In this document: one piece after another, positions 57,001 through 64,000 of the stretch
Layout: every line of letters begins with the position of its first letter
Position numbering within the stretch: position 1 is the stretch's first letter
NCBI GenBank assembly: GCA_964016885.1
Contig: OZ024744.1
Location: forward strand, 23,932,001 to 23,996,000
Length of the DNA stretch: 64,000 nucleotides
Source of the DNA: Eledone cirrhosa
Taxonomy: Eukaryota
Direction: 5' to 3'
The notes under the pieces: generated by a model
The model's input: only the letters and a program-made list of their open reading frames with translations
The model's database searches: none
What the model was told of the DNA's origin: nothing
Position numbers and translations under genes: made by a program

Positions 57001-60000
57001 CCCGTTTTAACAACAGTTGAATCTTAAGAACTGACTCGTTTTAACAACAGTTGAATCTTAAGATAAAATTCGTTTTAACAACAGTTGAATCTTAAGAACT
57101 GATTCGTTTTAACAACAGTTCAAACTTAAGAACAGACTCGTTTTAACAACAGTTGAATCTTCAAATAAACCTCGTTTTAACAACAGTTGCATCTTAAGAA
57201 CTGGCTCGTTTTAACAACAGTTGAATCTTAAGAACTGACTCGTTTTAACAACAGTTGAATCTTCAAATAAAACTCGTTTTAACAACAGTTGAATCTTAAG
57301 AACTGACTCGTTTTAACAACAGTTGAATCTTAAGATAAAATTCGTTTTAACAACAGTTGAATCTTAAGAACTAATTCGTTTTAACAACAGTTCAAACTTA
57401 AGAACAGACTCGTATTAACAACAGTTGAATCTTATTATAAAACTCATTTTAACAACAGTTCAACCTTAAGAACTGACTCGTTTTAACAACAGTTGAATCT
57501 TCAAATAAACCTCGTTTTAACAACAGTTGCATCTTAAGAACTGGCTCGTTTAAACAACAGTTGAATCTTAAGATAAAACTCGTTTTAACAACAGTTGAAT
57601 CTTAAGAACTGACTCGTTTTAACAACAGTTGAATCTTCAAATAAAACTCGTTTTAACAACAGTTGAATCTTAAGAACTGACTCGTTTTAACAACAGTTCA
57701 ACCTTAAGAACTGACTCGTTTTAACAACAGTTGAATCTTCAAATAAAACTCGTTTTAACAACAGTTGAATCTTAAGAATTGACTCGTTTTAACAACAGTT
57801 GAATCTTAAGACAAAACCCGTTTTAACAACAGTTGAATCTTAAGAACTGACTCGTTTTAACAACAGTTGAATCTTAAGATAAAACTCGTTTTAACAACAG
57901 TTGAATCTTAAGGACTGACTCGTTTTAACAACAGTTGAATCTTAAGATAAACTCGTTTTAACAACAGTTGAATTTTAAGAACTGACTCGTTTTAACAACA
58001 GCTGAATCTTAAGATAAAACTCGTATTAACAACAGTTGCATCTTAAGAACTGACTCGTTTTAACAACAGTTGAATCTTAAGAACTGACTCGTTTTATAAA
58101 CAGTTCAACCTTAGGAACTGACTCGTTTTAACAACAGTTGAATCTTAAAAACTGACTCGTTTTAACCGCAGCTGAATCTTATAATACAACTCGTTTTAAC
58201 AACAGTTGAATCTTCAGATAAAACCCGTTTTAACAACAGATGATTCTCAAGAACTGACTCGTTTTAACAACAGTTGAATCTTAAGATAAAACTCGTTTTA
58301 GCAACAGTTGAATCTTAAGAACTGACTCGTAATAACAACAATTGAATCTTAAGATAACATTCGTTTTAACAACAGTTGAATCTTAAGAACTGACTCGTTT
58401 TAACAACAGCTGAATCTTAAGATAAAAGTCGTTTTAACAACAGTTGAATCTTAAGAACTGACTCGTTTTAACAACAGTTCAACCTTAAGAACTGACTCGT
58501 TTTAACAACTGTTGAATCTTCAAATAAAACTCGTTTTAACAACAGTTGAATCTTAAGAACAGACTCGTATTAACAACAGTTGAATCTTATTATAAAACTC
58601 ATTTTAACAACAGTTCAACCTTAAGAACTGACTCGTTTTAACAACAGTTAAATCTTCAAATAAACCTCGTTTTAACAACAGTTGCATCTTAAGAACTGGC
58701 TCGTTTAAACAACAGTTGAATCTTAAGATAAAACTCGTTTTAACAACAGTTGAATCTTAAGAACTGACTCGTTTTAACAACAGTTGAATCTTCAAATAAA
58801 ACTCGTTTTAACAACAGTTGAATCTTAAGAACTGACTCATTTTAACAACAGTTGAATCTTAAGATAAAATTCGTTTTAACAACAGTTGAATCTTAAGAAC
58901 TAATTCGTTTTAACAACAGTTCAAACTTAAGAACAGACTCGTATTAACAACAGTTGAATCTTATTATAAAACTCATTTTAACAACAGTTCAACCTTAAGA
59001 ACTGACTCGTTTTAACAACAGTTGAATCTTCAAATAAACCTCGTTTTAACAACAGTTGCATCTTAAGAACTGGCTCGTTTAAACAACAGTTGAATCTTAT
59101 GATAAAACTCGTTTTAACAACAGTTGAATCTTAAGAACTGACTCGTTTTAACAACAGTTGAATCTTCAAATAAAACTCGTTTTAACAACAGTTGAATCTT
59201 AAGAACTGACTCGTTTTAACAACAGTTCAACCTTAAGAACTGACTCGTTTTAACAACAGTTGAATCTTCAAATAAAACTCGTTTTAACAACAGTTGAATC
59301 TTAAGAACTGACTCGTTTTAACAACAGCTGAATCTTAAGATAAAACTCGTTTTAACAACAGTTGAATCTTAAGAACTGACTCGTTTTATAAACAGTTCAA
59401 CCTTAAGAACTGACTCGTTTTAACAACAGTTGAATCTTAAAAACGGACTCGTTTTAACCGCAGCTGAATCTTATAATACAACTCGTTTTAACAACAGTTG
59501 AATCTTCAGATAAAACTCGTTTTAACAACAGATGATTCTCAAGAACTGACTCGTTTTAACAACAGTTGAATCTTAAGATAAAACTCGTTTTAACAACAGT
59601 TGAATCTTAAGAACTGACTCGTATTAACAACAATTGAATCTTAAGATAACATTCGTTTTAACAACAGTTGCATCTTAAGAACTGACTCGTTTTAACGACA
59701 GTTGAATCTTAAGATAAACCTCGTTTTAACAACGGTTGAATCTTAAGAACTGACTCGTTTTAACAACAGTTGAATCTTCAAATAAAACTCGTTTTAACAA
59801 CAGTTGAATGTTAAGAACTGATTCGTTTTAACAACAGCTGAATCTTAAGATAAACTCGTTTTAACAACAGTTGAATCTTAAGATAAACCTCGTTTTAACA
59901 ACAGTTTAATCTTAAGAACAGACTCGTTTTAACAACAGTTGAATCTTAAGATAAAATTCGTTTTAACAACAGTTGAATCTTAAGAACTGATTCGTTTTAA

Positions 60001-62729
60001 CAACAGTTCAAACTTAAGAACTGACTCGTTTTAACAACAGTTGAATCTTAAGATAAAACTCGTTTTAACAACAGTTGAATCTTAAGAACTGATTCGTATT
60101 AACAACAGTTGAATATTAAGATAAAACTCGTTTTAACAACAGTTAAATCTTAAGAACTGACTCGTTTTAACAACAGTTGAATCTTAAGATAAAACTCGTT
60201 TTAACAACAGTTGAATCTTAAGAACTGTCTCGTTTTAACAACAGTTGAATCTTAAGAACTTACTCGTTTTAACAACAGTTGAATCTTATGATAAAACTCA
60301 TTTTAACAACAGTTGAATCTTAAGATAAAACTCGTTTTAACAACAGTTGAATCTTAAGAACTGACTCGTTTTAACAACAGTTGAATCTTAAGATAAAACT
60401 CGTTTTAACAACAGTTGAATCTTAAGAACTGACTCGTTTTAACAACAGTTGAATCTTAAGAACTAACTCGTTTTAACAACAGTTGAATATTAAGAACTGA
60501 TTCGTTTTAACAGCAGTTGAATCTTAATATAAAACTCATTTTAACAACAGTTGAATCTTAAGATAAAACTTGTTTTAACAACAGTTGAATCTTAAGATAA
60601 ACCTCGTTTTAACAACAGTTTAATCTTAAGAACTGAATCGTTTTAACAACAGTTGAATCTTAAGATAAAATTCGTTTTAACAATAGTTGAATCTTAAGAA
60701 CTGATTCGTTTTAACAACAGTTCAAACTTAAGAACTGACTCGTTTTAACAACAGCTGAATCTTAAGATGAAACTCGTTTTAACAACAGTTGAATCTTAAG
60801 AACTGACTCATTTTAACAACAGTTGAATCTTAAGATAAAACATCATTTTAACAACAGTTGAATCTTAAAATAAAACTCGTTTTAACAACAGTTGAATCTT
60901 AAGAACTGACTCGTTTTAACAACAGTTGAATCTTAAGAACTGACTCGTTTTAACAACAATTCAACCTTAAGAACTGACTCGTTTTAACAACAGTTGAATC
61001 TTAAGAACTGACTCGTTTTAACAACAGTTGAATCTTCAAATAAAACTCGTTTTAACAACAGTTGAATCTTAAGAACTGACTCGATTTAACAACAGTTGAG
61101 TCTTAAGATAAAACTCGTTTTAACAACAGTTGAATCTTAAGAACTGACTCGTTTTAACAACAGCTGAATCTTAAGATAAAACTCGTTTTAACAACAGTTG
61201 AATCTTAAGAACTGACTCGTTTTAACAACAGTTCAACCTTAAGAACTGACTCGTTTTAACAACTGTTGAATATTCAAATAAAACTCGTTTTAACAACAGT
61301 TGAATCTTAAGAATTGACTCGTTTTAACAACAATTAAATCTTAAGACAAAACCCGTTTTAACAACAGTTGAATCTTAAGAACTGACTCGTTTTAACAACA
61401 GTTGAATCTTAAGATAAAATTCGTTTTAACAACAGTTGAATCTTAAGAACTGATTCGTTTTAACAACAGTTCAAACTTAAGAACAGACTCGTTTTAACAA
61501 CAGTTGAATCTTCAAATAAACCTCGTTTTAACAACAGTTGCATCTTAAGAACTGGCTCGTTTTAACAACAGTTGAATCTTAAGAACTGACTCGTTTTAAC
61601 AACAGTTGAATCTTCAAATAAAACTCGTTTTAACAACAGTTGAATCTTAAGAACTGACTCGTTTTAACAACAGTTGAATCTTAAGATAAAATTCGTTTTA
61701 ACAACAGTTGAATCTTAAGAACTAATTCGTTTTAACAACAGTTCAAACTTAAGAACAGACTCGTATTAACAACAGTTGAATCTTATTATAAAACTCATTT
61801 TAACAACAGTTCAACCTTAAGAACTGACTCGTTTTAACAACAGTTGAATCTTCAAATAAACCTCGTTTTAACAACAGTTGCATCTTAAGAACTGGCTCGT
61901 TTAAACAACAGTTGAATCTTAAGATAAAACTCGTTTTAACAACAGTTGAATCTTAAGAACTGACTCGTTTTAACAACAGTTGAATCTTCAAATAAAACTC
62001 GTTTTAACAACAGTTGAATCTTAAGAACTGACTCGTTTTAACAACAGTTCAACCTTAAGAACTGACTCGTTTTAACAACAGTTGAATCTTCAAATAAAAC
62101 TCGTTTTAACAACAGTTGAATCTTAAGAATTGACTCGTTTTAACAACAGTTGAATCTTAAGACAAAACCCGTTTTAACAACAGTTGAATCTTAAGAACTG
62201 ACTCGTTTTAACAACAGTTGAATCTTAAGATAAAACTCGTTTTAACAACAGTTGAATCTTAAGGACTGACTCGTTTTAACAACAGTTGAATCTTAAGATA
62301 AACTCGTTTTAACAACAGTTGAATTTTAAGAACTGACTCGTTTTAACAACAGCTGAATCTTAAGATAAAACTCGTATTAACAACAGTTGCATCTTAAGAA
62401 CTGACTCGTTTTAACAACAGTTGAATCTTAAGAACTGACTCGTTTTATAAACAGTTCAACCTTAGGAACTGACTCGTTTTAACAACAGTTGAATCTTAAA
62501 AACTGACTCGTTTTAACCGCAGCTGAATCTTATAATACAACTCGTTTTAACAACAGTTGAATCTTCAGATAAAACCCGTTTTAACAACAGATGATTCTCA
62601 AGAACTGACTCGTTTTAACAACAGTTGAATCTTAAGATAAAACTCGTTTTAGCAACAGTTGAATCTTAAGAACTGACTCGTAATAACAACAATTGAATCT
62701 TAAGATAACATTCGTTTTAACAACAGTTG
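54010..62729 (+). repeat. Apparently identical tandem duplication of a 4,351-bp (128-monomer) block, junction at ~58361-58378
   Basis: Private variants lie at exact offset 4351: gataaaaGtc 54077/58428, the 1-bp insertion aaaacAtcatt 56491/60842, and aaGgactg 57912/62263. 128x34 - 2 + 1 = 4351. The match breaks at 54009/58360 on the left and 58379/62730 on the right. Confidence 0.95.
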
Positions 62730-64000
62730 CGTCTTAAGAACTGACTCGTTTTAACGACAGTTGAATCTTAAGATAAACCTCGTTTTAACAACGGTTGAAT
62801 CTTAAGAACTGACTCGTTTTATCAACAGTTCAACCTTAAGAACTGACTCGTTTTAACAACAGTTGAATCTTCAAATAAAACTCGTTTTAACTACAGTTGA
62901 ATCTTAAGAACTGACTCGTTTTAACAACAGTTGAATCTTAAGATAAATCGTTTTAACAACAGTTGTATCTTAAGAACTGACTCATTTTAACAACAGTTGA
63001 ATCTTAAGATAAAACTCGTTTTAACAACAGTTGAATCTTAAGAACTGACTCGTTTTAATAACAGTTGAATCTTCAAATAAAACTCGTTTCAACAACAGTT
63101 GAATCTTAAGATAAACTCGTTTTAACAACAGTTGAATCTTAAGATAAACCTCGTTTTAACAACATTTGAATCTTAAGAACTGACTCGTTTTAACAACAGC
63201 TGCATCTTAAGATAAAACTCGTTTTAACAACAGTTGAATCTTAAGAACTGACTCGTTTTATCAACAGTTCAACCTGAAGAACTTACTCGTTTTAACAACA
63301 GTTGAATCTTCAAATAAAACTCGTTTTAACAACAGCTGAATCTTAAGATAACACTCGTTCTAACAAAAGTGGAATCTTAAGAACTGACTCGTTTTAACAA
63401 CAGTTCAACCTTAAGAACTGACTAGTTTTAACAACAGTTTAATCTTAGAATAAAATTCGTTTTAACAACAGTTGAATCTTAAGAACTGACTCGTTTTAAC
63501 AAAAGTTGAATCTTACGAACTGACTCGTTTTAACAATAGTTGTCTCTTTAGATAAATCTCGTTTTAACAACAGTTGAATTTTAAAACTGACTCGTTTTAA
63601 CAACAGTTCAAACTTAAGAACTGATTCGTTTTAACAACAGTTTAATCTTAAAATAAAATTCGTTTAACAACAGTTGAATCTTAAGGACTGGCTCGTTTTA
63701 ACATCACATGTATATTATGATAAAACTCGTTTTAACAACAGCTGTATCTTAAGAACTGACTCGATATGACAACAGTTGAATGTTAAGAACTGACTCGTTT
63801 TAACAACAGTTCAATCTTAAGATAAAACTGATTATAACAACAGTTGCATCTTAAGAACTGACTTGTTTTAACAACAGTTAAATCTGAAGAACTGACTCGT
63901 TTTAACAACAGTTGAATCTGAAGATAAAACTCGTTTAACAACAGTTGAATCTTAAGAACTGACTCGTTTTAACGACAGATGAATCTTATGATAAAACTCG
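62730..64000 (+). repeat. Degenerating monomeric zone, probable approach to the array edge
   Basis: Singleton substitutions and indels become denser, e.g. tgtctcttta (63541), acatcacatgtatattatga (63701-63720), tcgatatgac (63761) and gataaaactgattataac (63821). Confidence 0.8.

Larger units (their letters stand above)
1..64000 (+). repeat. 34-bp tandem satellite array (~1,880 monomers, two major alleles A and B), running off both ends of the window
   Basis: Consensus A at 2481-2514 (tcgttttaacaacagttgaatcttaagaactgac, 11/34 GC) and consensus B at 815-848 (tcgttttaacaacagttgaatcttaagataaaac, 9/34 GC). The motif recurs with 34-bp period throughout, with occasional 33- or 35-bp monomers. No inversion or foreign insert seen. 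Confidence 0.99.

Noticed and set aside
1-64000. Repetitive protein-coding ORF on either strand
   Set aside because: Each consensus monomer has stops in all three plus-strand frames (TAA at 7, TGA at 17, TAA at 24). The TTAA motifs give minus-strand stops, and the 34-bp period shifts frame each monomer, so all six frames close within about two monomers in the standard code.
1-64000. A/B pattern as a binary code or synthetic data-storage construct
   Set aside because: Nested duplications, shared private mutations and edge decay are explained by ordinary unequal exchange and mutation. No designed addressing or adapter sequence is visible.
1-64000. Telomeric or telomerase-type repeat, or plasmid iterons
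   Set aside because: There are no G-rich tracts, and HORs with heritable variants argue against templated re-synthesis. Copy number is far above iteron arrays and no rep gene is present.
1-64000. Rolling-circle or concatemer sequencing artefact for the whole window
   Set aside because: Variants are inherited hierarchically at many different offsets rather than repeating one template with random errors. Only the 4,351-bp duplication remains a candidate artefact.
1-64000. piggyBac insertions at the many TTAA sites, or other mobile elements
   Set aside because: No non-satellite sequence, terminal inverted repeats or target-site duplications interrupt the array.

Overview
The whole 64 kb window is one uninterrupted, head-to-tail, AT-rich (~30% GC) satellite array of about 1,880 copies of a 34-bp monomer, all in the same orientation. 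I see no genes, RNA genes, transposon insertions, unique sequence or CRISPR spacers. Two monomer alleles dominate. They differ only in a 4-bp block: A = TCGTTTTAACAACAGTTGAATCTTAAGA-ACTG-AC and B = TCGTTTTAACAACAGTTGAATCTTAAGA-TAAA-AC. They often alternate, giving a loose 68-bp dimer. Private point variants act as barcodes and show nested organisation: a relic 17-bp half-repeat inside the monomer, 4- to 11-monomer modules, three higher-order-repeat (HOR) domains (~2.3-3.0 kb units at 1-18.7 kb, ~1.8-1.9 kb units at 24-31 kb, a 2,379-bp 70-mer and its variants at 33-52 kb), an 11,076-bp-offset duplication, an apparently identical 4,351-bp (128-monomer) tandem duplication at 54.0-62.7 kb, and a degenerating 3' end that suggests the array edge is near. 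The most curious points are the 17-bp ancestry and the fact that each of the two tail alleles is the reverse complement of a different part of the conserved core. I cannot identify the organism or the satellite family, and I find no support for a new gene-encoded system. A centromeric or heterochromatic role is plausible but is inference only. All offsets were counted by hand from marker variants, not from a computed alignment.
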